Part shown: positions 9,300-20,654 of the stretch, piece by piece
How positions within the stretch are numbered: position 1 is the stretch's first letter
Layout of the letters: each line of letters opens with the position of its first letter
From: Bacteroidota bacterium
GTDB taxonomy: Bacteria; Bacteroidota; Bacteroidia; Bacteroidales; JACABE01
Reading direction: 5' to 3'
DNA: 64,000 bases
Assembly (NCBI GenBank): GCA_026391675.1
Contig: JAPLDQ010000019.1
Coordinates: forward strand, 87,780 to 151,779
Notes under the pieces: generated by a model
What the model saw: only the letters and a program-made list of their open reading frames with translations
What the model was told of the DNA's origin: nothing
The model's database searches: none
Position numbers and translations under genes: made by a program

Positions 9300-11738
9300 A
9301 TGACAATTAAGAAATATTTATATTTATTTATTACAATTTTAATTTCTGTAACTGCTCATAGCCAGCAATTATCAACAAAAGGAAAAGATTTCTGGATGGG
9401 GTTTATGAATAATTTAAACTATGTAGTTCCAAATATGGAATTATCAGTTTATATATCATCAACTACTGCTACATCCGGAACGGTGAGCATTCCCGGACTT
9501 TCATTTACACAGGCATTTACAGTACTTGCAAATTCAACAACAAAAGTTACACTTCCAAATAATGCAATGGTTCTAACCAGTGGAGTAGTTGAAAGTAAAG
9601 GTGTTCATATTACAGCAATAGATACTGTTACTGTTTATGCATTAAATTATAAACAAACATCATCAGATGCCAGTATAATTTATCCAACCAATACGCTTGA
9701 CAGGGAATACAGGGTTTTAAGTATACAGGGATGGACTTATCACATTGGCGAGGAATTTCTGATAGTTTCAACTGAAAACAATACTATTGTTGAAATAACG
9801 CCATACGGAGGAAGTTCGTTTTTAATATATCTCAATGCAGGACAAGTATACCAGTATATTTCAAATAATCAATTATCAGGAACATATATTAAAGTTTATA
9901 ACTGTCATAAAATTGCTGTTTTTGTCGGAAGTGTATGTGACTTTATCGGAGGATGTGCCTCATGTAATCACCTTTTTGAAGAATTGCTTCCTGTCAGCAG
10001 ATTAGGATGGAATTTCATCACTACACCATTAATGAACAAAAATAAAGACTATTTTAAAATAGTTGCTCATTATAATGGAACAGCTGTTACCATTAATAAT
10101 GGAACACCTATTATTTTAAATGCCGGCCAGACTTATCAGTTTTTTTCGAGTCAGGCAAACTATGTTCAGGCCTCAATGCCAGTTTTTATGCTTCAGTTTG
10201 CCCAGGGAAATCTATGTGATGGAGTTGGCGATCCATTTTCAGTAATTGTTCCTCCTATGGAACAATCTATTGATGATATTACATTTAATGCATTTACTTC
10301 AACATATATTACCTCTTATTTTGTAAACATTGTTACTAAAACTGCTTTTACATCAACTTTAACGCTGGACGGATTTCCTTTAACAACTTTTATTGCTGTT
10401 CCCGGAAATCCGATATATTCATATGCCAGAGTACCCATTACTTCAGGTAATCACCGTATTATTTCTCCAAATAAATTTACTGCTTCAGTTTATGGCTTTG
10501 GAAATTATGAATCTTATGGATATTCAGCCGGTTTTAGCTTGAACAACTTACAATATTCATTTACTGCCACAGATAATGTTTGCCCGGGAGTCCCTGTAAT
10601 ATTTTATGTTCAAAATTATCCAAATATTGTTAACATAAAATGGTTTTTTGGAGATGGTACAATTGCTAACGGCCAAAATGTTGCTCATACCTATACTATT
10701 GGGAACAATTATAATGTCGGACTTGAATTAACTGATAATACCGGTTGTACGAAAGATACAATCTGGAAAATTATACATATTTTACCTCCTTCCCGCGACA
10801 CAATTTATCCGTCAATTTGTATTGGAGATACTATTAATGTGGGCATACATCGTTATTACGCAACAGGTGTTTATCATGATACAATAGCTAAAAGTAACGG
10901 ATGTGATAGTATTATTACAACAAATTTAACAATAAACCCTCACAAACACACTTCAATTAACACAAGCATTTGTCAGGGTAAAGGAATTCAGGTTGGAACT
11001 CATATTTACACAAATGCAGGGAATTATACTGATACACTTTTTTCAGTTGCAGGTTGTGATAGCATAATTTCCACTCAAATATCAGTTAAACCGGTTTCAC
11101 AGTTTTCGCAAAGTAAAAAACTTTGCCAGGGTGAAGTATTTTCTATCGGAAATCACAACTATACTTCTTCCGGAATTTATGCAGATACGCTTACTAACTA
11201 TGTAGGTTGCGATAGTATTATCAAAACAAATTTAACATTTACACCTTATCCAATTGTAAATTTAGGAAAAGACCGGGAAATATGTGAAGATGAAATTATT
11301 GAACTAAGCATTAATAACATTTATACTTCCTATTTATGGCAGGATGGCAGTACCAACAACAAATTTACAGTAACACAAGCCGGAAAATACTGGGTTACAG
11401 TAAATAATGATAACTGCATTAAAACGGATACCTTGCAAATTTACCTTTGTAAAATGCCTATTGACATTTGGATACCTAATGCTTTTACACCAAACAGTGA
11501 TGGATTAAACGATTATTTTAAAGTTGAAACTGCTGGAGAATTTACTGAATATCATATGGTAATATACAACCGATGGGGAAATCTGATTTTTGAATCCAAC
11601 AATCCTAATGTTGGCTGGGATGGGAAATATAATGGCAATGAAATAGAAAGTGGTGTTTATACTTATAATGTTATATTTTCAGGGAAAGACTTCAAACAAC
11701 GGAGAGAATTAAATGGCAAAGTTACTTTAATAAGATAA
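9300..11738 (+). CDS. Large secreted adhesin-like protein, paralog 2 (same architecture and same length as 6610-9048)
   Basis: Colinear with the upstream gene over all 812 aa. Long identical blocks include 'SQQLSTKGKDFWM', 'NHRIISPNKFTASVYGFGNYESYGYSAGFSLNNLQY', 'YTSYLWQDGST', and 'PNAFTPN.DGLNDYF'. Confidence 0.85.
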   Translation: MTIKKYLYLFITILISVTAHSQQLSTKGKDFWMGFMNNLNYVVPNMELSVYISSTTATSGTVSIPGLSFTQAFTVLANSTTKVTLPNNAMVLTSGVVESKGVHITAIDTVTVYALNYKQTSSDASIIYPTNTLDREYRVLSIQGWTYHIGEEFLIVSTENNTIVEITPYGGSSFLIYLNAGQVYQYISNNQLSGTYIKVYNCHKIAVFVGSVCDFIGGCASCNHLFEELLPVSRLGWNFITTPLMNKNKDYFKIVAHYNGTAVTINNGTPIILNAGQTYQFFSSQANYVQASMPVFMLQFAQGNLCDGVGDPFSVIVPPMEQSIDDITFNAFTSTYITSYFVNIVTKTAFTSTLTLDGFPLTTFIAVPGNPIYSYARVPITSGNHRIISPNKFTASVYGFGNYESYGYSAGFSLNNLQYSFTATDNVCPGVPVIFYVQNYPNIVNIKWFFGDGTIANGQNVAHTYTIGNNYNVGLELTDNTGCTKDTIWKIIHILPPSRDTIYPSICIGDTINVGIHRYYATGVYHDTIAKSNGCDSIITTNLTINPHKHTSINTSICQGKGIQVGTHIYTNAGNYTDTLFSVAGCDSIISTQISVKPVSQFSQSKKLCQGEVFSIGNHNYTSSGIYADTLTNYVGCDSIIKTNLTFTPYPIVNLGKDREICEDEIIELSINNIYTSYLWQDGSTNNKFTVTQAGKYWVTVNNDNCIKTDTLQIYLCKMPIDIWIPNAFTPNSDGLNDYFKVETAGEFTEYHMVIYNRWGNLIFESNNPNVGWDGKYNGNEIESGVYTYNVIFSGKDFKQRRELNGKVTLIR

Positions 11739-11757
11739 TCTATCCGATACAATATTT

Positions 11758-13134
11758 CTACTTTACCAATTCTTTAAAGCGTTTTCCTCTTTCTTCAAAA
11801 TTCTTAAACAAATCATAACTTGCAGCTGCAGGTGAAAGCAAACAAATGTATCCTTTCCTGGTTTTTTCTTTTGCAATTTCAATAGCCTGTTCAAAACTCT
11901 CAGCTTTAAAACATTGATTATTAATTATCCCAAGCAATTTAATCTCTGCCAAAATGCGCTCACCTGCATTTCCGATAAATATTAAATTTCCAACCCCTGA
12001 AACTTTTAAGAATTGGGCAAGTTTTTTATAATCAATCCCTCTGTCGAAACCGCCAAGTATTAATGTATCAACATTTTTCAAAGCTTTAACGGCTGCAATA
12101 CAAGCCTCAGGAATGGTTGATATGGAATCATTGTAATACTGAATTCCCTTATATGTTCCGGCATATTCCATTCTGTGTTCCAGGCCTTTAAAACTTCCAA
12201 TTCCATCAATTATAAGTTCATCCTGAACTCCGGTTAATTTACAAACATTGATAGCAGCCATAATATTCAGCAAATTATGTTCGCCTTTAAGATATCTGGG
12301 TAGATTAGTATTATAATATGGGAAAATATGCCCGTCATCATTGAAATATATAATATCATCCTTCAGAAAACAACCATTACTGACTTCATTCAGCAATGAA
12401 AATTGTATCAGCTTTGAAGGAAATTCCAATTCACCTAAAATCGTATTAATTTCTTCATTATCAGCAATACAAATAAAATAGTCATCCGGATTTTGATATT
12501 TAGCAATATTGAATTTAGCCAGTTGATAATCCTTATAAGTCTGATAGTGATCGAGATGTTCCTGAAATAAATTCAATAAAACTGAATAATGGGGAGCTTT
12601 GGTGCAATTTTCCAATTGATGTGATGACATTTCGAATACAATAAACGTATTTTCATCAATAGCATCAGCCTGATCAAAAGGTGGAAAACCCATATTACCA
12701 ACCAATAAAACATTATCAGTATGCAATTTTAAAATATAATAAATTAAATTTGATGTTGTGCTTTTTCCTTTAGTTCCTGTTATTCCTATAATCTGAGATG
12801 AATATAAATGAAGAAACAAATCAGTTTGAGAACTAATATGAAGCTTTTTAAGATATAAATCATCCAGATTTTTCAATGAAATGCCAGGCGATTTAATAAT
12901 TAAATCAAAATCGCAAAGTGAATCCAAATAGGCTTCTCCTAAAATAAATTGCAGATTTTCATTCGGTTGAAAGGTATATTTTGCAGCTAATGCAGTATCT
13001 TTATCAGCAATATAAAATTCCTGTTTAGTAAAATGTTTTCTCAAAAACTTATAACTAGCCTGCCCTTCCTTACCAAAGCCAAGAATCAGCACTTTTTTAT
13101 TTAAAATTAAATCCTGTAATACTTTGATGTTCAT
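11758..13134 (-). CDS. murD: UDP-N-acetylmuramoyl-L-alanine--glutamate ligase (MurD family; possibly the MurD2 subtype)
   Basis: N-terminal Rossmann 'ILGFGKEGQASYKFL' and Mur ligase P-loop 'GITGTKGKSTTS'. The length (458 aa) is typical. It is not in a dcw-type context and lies 1 nt from the upstream gene. Confidence 0.8.
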   Translation of the reverse strand: MNIKVLQDLILNKKVLILGFGKEGQASYKFLRKHFTKQEFYIADKDTALAAKYTFQPNENLQFILGEAYLDSLCDFDLIIKSPGISLKNLDDLYLKKLHISSQTDLFLHLYSSQIIGITGTKGKSTTSNLIYYILKLHTDNVLLVGNMGFPPFDQADAIDENTFIVFEMSSHQLENCTKAPHYSVLLNLFQEHLDHYQTYKDYQLAKFNIAKYQNPDDYFICIADNEEINTILGELEFPSKLIQFSLLNEVSNGCFLKDDIIYFNDDGHIFPYYNTNLPRYLKGEHNLLNIMAAINVCKLTGVQDELIIDGIGSFKGLEHRMEYAGTYKGIQYYNDSISTIPEACIAAVKALKNVDTLILGGFDRGIDYKKLAQFLKVSGVGNLIFIGNAGERILAEIKLLGIINNQCFKAESFEQAIEIAKEKTRKGYICLLSPAAASYDLFKNFEERGKRFKELVK

Positions 13135-13135
13135 G

Positions 13136-14512
13136 CTAAATATAAAGTTTTAGAATATTTTCGAATTTTTCTTCAAGAAAATGCTCGTCATTAAAGAGAT
13201 GCAGGTATGAATTTAAATCCAGATGACTATAATAGTTGAATTTTGCAGTAGTTTTATAATACCTGAGTAACAAAGGTAAATCATCATCACTAAGTTTAAT
13301 GATAAGCATATTTACAGCCAGATTTACTTCATCAACTGTACCAACACATTCAAAGGGTTTTACTGCTTCAATGCCTGTTAACTGCTCAAAATAAAATTTC
13401 ATATTACCCTCATTCAACAAGTCTTTTTCAAAAATTGAAATTATGGTTTTTCTTTCAATAAATGGAGAAAGAATAATGAAGGCAAATAAACATTTCGGAC
13501 AATTTCCACACCAGATATCTGTTTTGCTTCCTGCGTTACAACTTTTAAATGATGAAAAATACTTACTATATTTGGCAAACAAGGAAGCAATCTGAAGTTC
13601 ACTCAACGGTCTTAAAAAACTAAAATAATTAAAACCGGACGAAATATACTTTTCTGTATAATTTCTGAAATCAGATTCAAATTCATAAGATTTTGAATAC
13701 TGATGATTTACAGTTGAATTTTCAACGGTCGACTCATTTGCACTTGATTCATTGGATAAAGCAATATGTCTTTTGCCGGTAAAAGCAGCTGATAAAAGCG
13801 TTACAAAAGCTAATAATGCAGAAAAAGGAGTATGACCATTCAAAAAGCCTTCATTATTTAGCTGAAGCAACTGAGGATGAATACTTCTGTTGATTTCAAT
13901 AATATTTTCACGTGGATAACCTCCTATCTCAGCAGTTTCTAAACTGGCTCCCCGTGGATTTAATATAAGCGCAAGGTTTTCTGAATTCAGTAGCTTCAAT
14001 AATTCGAGTGTTACAACAGAATCTTTTCCACCACCAACTGGTATTATAACAGCATTTTCTGTCAATATGTCAGTTTTTGACAACTTACTTCCTGTATCAG
14101 CTTTTATTTCAACAAAATCATTAATTGAAGCATTTATATTATTCAGGTAAAAAAATTCGCCAAGACCGTTATAATAAATCTTATTCCAGAAATTTATCTG
14201 TTCTTCAGTCAAGCTATGGGGCTTAATAAATAATGTTTTGGGACAAGCTGCTTTCCAGTAACTGATTAATTCTATCATACCGATATGAAAAACGATATTA
14301 TCAATTAATGCTGAGTTCAGATTATTCCAATTATAAAAACTTCTGGCAGGAAAACTTAATGTTGGCCTAAAATTATATTTATCAGCTAAATTAAAATGAA
14401 ATTCAGCAAAAAATCCTTCTTCAGTAATAGTATAAGAATAGGATTCATAAGAAAAAAACAGAAATTCTTCTCTTAGTTTCAGGTATTTATCAGCATTTGA
14501 CAGATTGTTCAT
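13136..14512 (-). CDS. PP-loop-like ATP-utilising protein coupled to murD; candidate MurL-type UDP-MurNAc-L-Ala-L-Glu epimerase
   Basis: 'IIPVGGGKDSVV' resembles the SGGxDS PP-loop. There is a Cys cluster 'SCNAGSKTDIWCGNCPKC'. The stop codon (13136-13138) is 1 nt from the murD start (13134), which implies one operon. Confidence 0.55.
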   Translation of the reverse strand: MNNLSNADKYLKLREEFLFFSYESYSYTITEEGFFAEFHFNLADKYNFRPTLSFPARSFYNWNNLNSALIDNIVFHIGMIELISYWKAACPKTLFIKPHSLTEEQINFWNKIYYNGLGEFFYLNNINASINDFVEIKADTGSKLSKTDILTENAVIIPVGGGKDSVVTLELLKLLNSENLALILNPRGASLETAEIGGYPRENIIEINRSIHPQLLQLNNEGFLNGHTPFSALLAFVTLLSAAFTGKRHIALSNESSANESTVENSTVNHQYSKSYEFESDFRNYTEKYISSGFNYFSFLRPLSELQIASLFAKYSKYFSSFKSCNAGSKTDIWCGNCPKCLFAFIILSPFIERKTIISIFEKDLLNEGNMKFYFEQLTGIEAVKPFECVGTVDEVNLAVNMLIIKLSDDDLPLLLRYYKTTAKFNYYSHLDLNSYLHLFNDEHFLEEKFENILKLYI

Positions 14513-14589
14513 AAATTGGTATAATATTTGTTGCTGAATATTCGTTTTATGGCATCAAAATTACTAAATTTGAACAAAGTAAAAATAAA

Positions 14590-15177
14590 ATGACAGATAT
14601 AAATAAGATATTAGAGATAAAACCTAATAAAGTAAAGCCATCGCAAGGTAAATTACTTATAGCTGAGCCATTTACGAGCGATTACTACTTCAAGCGTTCG
14701 GTAATTTTACTTGCTGAACATAATGAAGAAGGAAGCTATGGAATGGTATTTAATAAGCCTTTATACATTAATTTAAATGAACTTATCAAAGATTTCCCAA
14801 GTATAGATGCACCTTTATTCTTAGGTGGACCTGTTAAAACTGACAGTTTATTCTACATTCATAAATTTCCTGAAATAATAAATTCTATCAAAATTAATGA
14901 AGAATTATACTGGGGTGGAGATATTGATATAGTTAAAGATATGATTTCTTCACAACAGCTTAATAAAGATAATATCCGTTTTTTTGTTGGTTATGCAGGC
15001 TGGAGTCCAAAGCAACTGGACGAAGAACTAAGAGAAAATTACTGGGTTGTAAGCAGAGTTAAAACAGAACTACTGTTGAATGAACCACCTTCCAACATCT
15101 GGAATAAGGTTGTAGTTGATTTAGGCGATGATTATGCCCATTGGGTTAACTTTCCGGTTAATCCATCAATGAATTAA
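14590..15177 (+). CDS. YqgE/AlgH family protein (UPF0301)
   Basis: 'GKLLIAEPF..DYYFKRSVILLAEHNEEGSYGMVFNKP', 'LFLGGPV' and 'RFFVGYAGWSPKQLDEEL' are hallmarks of the AlgH/YqgE family. Confidence 0.8.
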   Translation: MTDINKILEIKPNKVKPSQGKLLIAEPFTSDYYFKRSVILLAEHNEEGSYGMVFNKPLYINLNELIKDFPSIDAPLFLGGPVKTDSLFYIHKFPEIINSIKINEELYWGGDIDIVKDMISSQQLNKDNIRFFVGYAGWSPKQLDEELRENYWVVSRVKTELLLNEPPSNIWNKVVVDLGDDYAHWVNFPVNPSMN

Positions 15178-15184
15178 ACAAAAA

Positions 15185-15338
15185 GGAGGCTGTCTCAAAA
15201 GTTTAATTTACTTGCATATCAACCTCTGTATAACTCTGTGACTTCTCATTAATTCTCTGTGTAATAAATATTTAATAATTTGCACAGAGTTACACAGAGA
15301 AAATTTAGAGGTTCACAAAGACTTTTGAGACAACCTCC
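15185..15338. repeat. ~154-bp palindromic REP/MITE-like element between convergent genes
   Basis: The outer arms GGAGGCTGTCTCAAAAGT (15185-15202) and ACTTTTGAGACAACCTCC (15321-15338) are complementary at 17 of 18 positions. Inner complementary blocks: AACCTCTGTATAACTCTGTG vs CACAGAGTTACACAGAG...AGGTT. Confidence 0.8.
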
Positions 15339-15371
15339 TTTTGTTTACTTTAAGTATATTTTTTAAACTTA

Positions 15372-16592
15372 TTATCTTTGAATGATTAACTTTTGTTTTT
15401 CAGTCCATTCATCTGATTTAATTTCAACGAAATAAATCCCGTTAGTCAGGTCACTACTATTTATTTTCTGATGGTTTTGATTCAGTAATAAGGTCTTAAC
15501 TAATCCTCCAGTAATATTATATATTTTCAAAATACAATTACTATGAGTGTTGTTGTCAATATTTATGGTAATGACGTCGTTGGCCGGATTAGGATAAATA
15601 GTAACAGCTTCAGTTGTTTTATTTTCGACTATGCCTACTCCCCCACCATTTATGGTTTTTAGGATTCTGCCTTTATTACCAACTGTAAAACCTGTAGTTG
15701 CATTGATAAAAAATATTCCATTCAGGTTATCATTCGTTCCGCTAATACCAGTAGCCTGAATAGTCCATGTTGATCCAGCATCGATAGTTTTTAAAACTTT
15801 TGTCCAACCAACAGCATAACCCGTATTGGCATCAACAAAATAAATAGAGAAAATATCATTTGATACACCACTTGTCAGTGCATTCCAGTTTGTACCACCA
15901 TTTATCGTTTTAATAATTTTTCCCATCTGACCAACTGCATAACCTGTATTCACATCCGTAAAATAAACAGCATTAAGATTATTATAAGTTCCGGTAATCC
16001 CGCTATTTTGTGCAACCCAGTTGGTTCCTCCATTAGTTGTCTTAAGTATAGTTCCTGAATCACCTACAACATAACCGGTAGTAGTATTGATAAAATACAC
16101 AGATTTTAGCAAGTTAGTTCTACCACTTGTTAGCGTTGTCCAGTTAGTTCCTGAATTTACAGTTTTTAAAATTGTTCCGCCACTCCCAACAACAAAAGCA
16201 TTAGTGGCACTAGGAAAACAGATTGATTTTAAATTACCAGTCACATTACTTGTAAGAAATGTCCAGGTAGTTCCACCATTGGTTGTTTTCAGAATGGTTC
16301 CTGATCCACCGACAATATAACCTGTATTAACATCAGTAAAACGAACTGAATTTAATATGGAATACGTATTACTGGTCTGCATTGTCCAGTTAGTTCCTCC
16401 ATTAGTTGTCTTCAGAATCATTCCACCACTCCCGGCGCCATCATCATCACCCACAACATAACCATTATTGGCATCAATGAAATAAGCTGAATAAAAATCA
16501 TTTATTTTACCACTTGTTTGTAATGTCCATTGAGCAAAACCTGTAAATGTAAAAGCGAATAAAACGCAAAGTAAAAGTATTTTTTTTCTCAT
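15372..16592 (-). CDS. Secreted Ycf48/BNR-like beta-propeller repeat protein with a T9SS C-terminal sorting domain
   Basis: About 7 repeats of 'G(T/K)ILKTTNGGTNWT'. The C-terminal 'TIYPNPANDVITI...GIYFVEIKS...KLIIQR' is typical of T9SS type A domains. Confidence 0.8.
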   Translation of the reverse strand: MRKKILLLCVLFAFTFTGFAQWTLQTSGKINDFYSAYFIDANNGYVVGDDDGAGSGGMILKTTNGGTNWTMQTSNTYSILNSVRFTDVNTGYIVGGSGTILKTTNGGTTWTFLTSNVTGNLKSICFPSATNAFVVGSGGTILKTVNSGTNWTTLTSGRTNLLKSVYFINTTTGYVVGDSGTILKTTNGGTNWVAQNSGITGTYNNLNAVYFTDVNTGYAVGQMGKIIKTINGGTNWNALTSGVSNDIFSIYFVDANTGYAVGWTKVLKTIDAGSTWTIQATGISGTNDNLNGIFFINATTGFTVGNKGRILKTINGGGVGIVENKTTEAVTIYPNPANDVITINIDNNTHSNCILKIYNITGGLVKTLLLNQNHQKINSSDLTNGIYFVEIKSDEWTEKQKLIIQR

Positions 16593-16776
16593 TATTAATT
16601 TGTCAGTGTTTAATGTGCTGACCCTGCACTTTTTGTTAATAAATTTTTTAATAGTAAAATCCTATTGACTTCAGCAATTGAAAATTATGATAATCAAAAG
16701 CTTGTGTGATTTTATTTTTAATCTGACCCATTATTACCAAGCATCATTTTCGATGAATTAAAATATATAAGTAATT

Positions 16777-17568
16777 TTACATATTATAATGAGATTCAAT
16801 AATTTTAAAGAACCAGGAATCAGGAAGCAGTCTTTTTATAAAAGCGCTTAATTTGTGTTCCAGACTTCCTGCAACATAGCGGAAACAAGGATTATTCTTT
16901 TCAATGATTTTAGCAATCAGCTTAGCACAATGTTTTGGATCTAATCCTTTGGTCTCATCCTTAACTATAGCTTTAACAACGGTATCAAAAACTTTTCTGC
17001 CTTCTTCATGAATCGGTGTTAGTATACGGTTGGCTGTAAAACTGGTTTTATAATCACCAGGATTAACGACAACAACTTTTATACCTGTGCCTATTAACTC
17101 GTAATGTAATGCTTCGCTGTAGCCGTTTATGGCAAACTTAGTGGTAGAATAAAATCCCTGATAAGGTATAGCAAAAACACCGGCAAGTGATGCAATGTTA
17201 ATTATTTTTCCCTCTTTTTGCTTTCTCATAACAGGAAGAACAGCATTAACCATATCAATATAACCAAAAATATTGGTGTCAAATAATCGTTTACGGTCTT
17301 CATTATCTGTTAGTTCCATTTCACCGGTTAAACCAAAACCGGCATTGTTTATCAGAACATCAATTTTCCCTGCTTGCTGCAAAACTTCATTAATCCCCGC
17401 TTGAATCGTTTCGGGTTTGCATACATCAACAATAATGGTCTTATATGCTAATGATTCGTTAGTAGCGTTTCTGACTGTTCCATAAACATTATAACCTTTT
17501 TCGGCTAAGGTTTCTGCAATTGCTTTCCCGAATCCACTGGATACGCCTGTTATTAATACAGTTTTCAT
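16777..17568 (-). CDS. Short-chain dehydrogenase/reductase (SDR) family oxidoreductase
   Basis: 'ITGVSSGFGKAIA' (TGxxxGxG), 'NNAG', and the catalytic 'YSTTKFA' (YxxxK). Confidence 0.85.
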   Translation of the reverse strand: MKTVLITGVSSGFGKAIAETLAEKGYNVYGTVRNATNESLAYKTIIVDVCKPETIQAGINEVLQQAGKIDVLINNAGFGLTGEMELTDNEDRKRLFDTNIFGYIDMVNAVLPVMRKQKEGKIINIASLAGVFAIPYQGFYSTTKFAINGYSEALHYELIGTGIKVVVVNPGDYKTSFTANRILTPIHEEGRKVFDTVVKAIVKDETKGLDPKHCAKLIAKIIEKNNPCFRYVAGSLEHKLSAFIKRLLPDSWFFKIIESHYNM

Positions 17569-17580
17569 AAAATTTAAATT

Positions 17581-17618
17581 TAAAAAGTCACGGGGTGACT
17601 CAAAGTTACCCCGTGACT
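17581..17618 (-). terminator. Intrinsic terminator downstream of gyrB
   Basis: On the minus strand, AGTCACGGGG...CCCCGTGACT forms a 10-bp GC-rich stem and is followed by TTTTT. It lies about 35 nt after the gyrB stop. Confidence 0.7.
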
Positions 17619-17652
17619 TTGAAACAACACGTTAGAAAGTTTTTTTTAATAA

Positions 17653-19668
<2,016 letters not shown>

Positions 19669-19910
19669 TTATAATTGATTTAAACAAGTTTGTAAGGTCT
19701 AAAAAACTGGAAGTTATTAACAATAGCTTTTTGATAAAATTTATCAAAACAGGAATATATTCAACTGAAATCATGATAGTTATTAATTATTTCAAAGTCT
19801 AACAGAAATAAGAAAGCTATCCGGAATATTATGTTTTTTATTTAATTGATTCAGGCCGATATTTCCAAAATTTATAATTCATAACTTATAACTCATAACT
19901 AAAATCTCCT

Positions 19911-19918
19911 TACTTTTG
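19911..19918 (+). promoter_or_regulatory. Candidate -7 promoter box (TAnnTTTG) for the ComB-like gene
   Basis: 'TACTTTTG' lies 19 nt upstream of the ATG at 19938. Confidence 0.35.
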
Positions 19919-19937
19919 CAAATCAAAAAAATCATAC

Positions 19938-20654
19938 ATGAACACTATCGAAGTTTGTTTTACACCCAAATTATACAGTGAAATCGTCACAAAAGAGAAT
20001 TTTATCGTAGTAATGGCAGACATCCTACGTGCCAGCACTTCTATCTGTGCTGCCTTTGAAAATGGCGTTGAAGCCATTATTCCTGTTGCAAGTCTGGAAG
20101 AAGCCAAAGCATACAAGGATAAAGGATTTCTGGTAGCTTCAGAAAGGGAAGGAATAGTAACAGGCTTTGCAGATTTTGGCAATTCCGCCTTTAATTTTAT
20201 GACTGAAGCCGTTAAAGGGAAAACCATTGCCTATAGCACAACCAATGGCACACAAGCTATAGAAATGGCAAGAAATGCAGAGGGATTGGTAATAGGAGCT
20301 TTCTCTAACATTAGCATATTGAGTCAATGGTTAATCAAACAAAATTGCAATGTAGTCATTCTTTGTGCCGGTTGGAAAAACAAATTTAATCTCGAAGATT
20401 CAATTTTTGCAGGTGCATTAATTGAAAAATTAAAGTACTCTCCTACTTTTACAATAGCATGTGATGCTGCAGAAGCCGCGCTGGATTTATGGCAAATTGC
20501 AAAACCAAATCCATTGGCTTACATTCAAAAAGCAGCCCACCATGAACGCTTAAGAAAACTTAATCTGGATGATGTACTTGAGTACAGTTTTCAGTTTGAT
20601 ACTGCGAATGTGGTTCCGGTATTAACCGATGGTGTATTGGTTAATAGTTATTAG
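19938..20654 (+). CDS. comB: 2-phosphosulfolactate phosphatase (ComB) family protein
   Basis: The length (238 aa) and N-terminal pattern 'VVMADILRASTSICAAFENGVEAIIPV' fit the ComB family (D-x-x-R-A-[ST]-[ST]). Confidence 0.65.
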   Translation: MNTIEVCFTPKLYSEIVTKENFIVVMADILRASTSICAAFENGVEAIIPVASLEEAKAYKDKGFLVASEREGIVTGFADFGNSAFNFMTEAVKGKTIAYSTTNGTQAIEMARNAEGLVIGAFSNISILSQWLIKQNCNVVILCAGWKNKFNLEDSIFAGALIEKLKYSPTFTIACDAAEAALDLWQIAKPNPLAYIQKAAHHERLRKLNLDDVLEYSFQFDTANVVPVLTDGVLVNSY

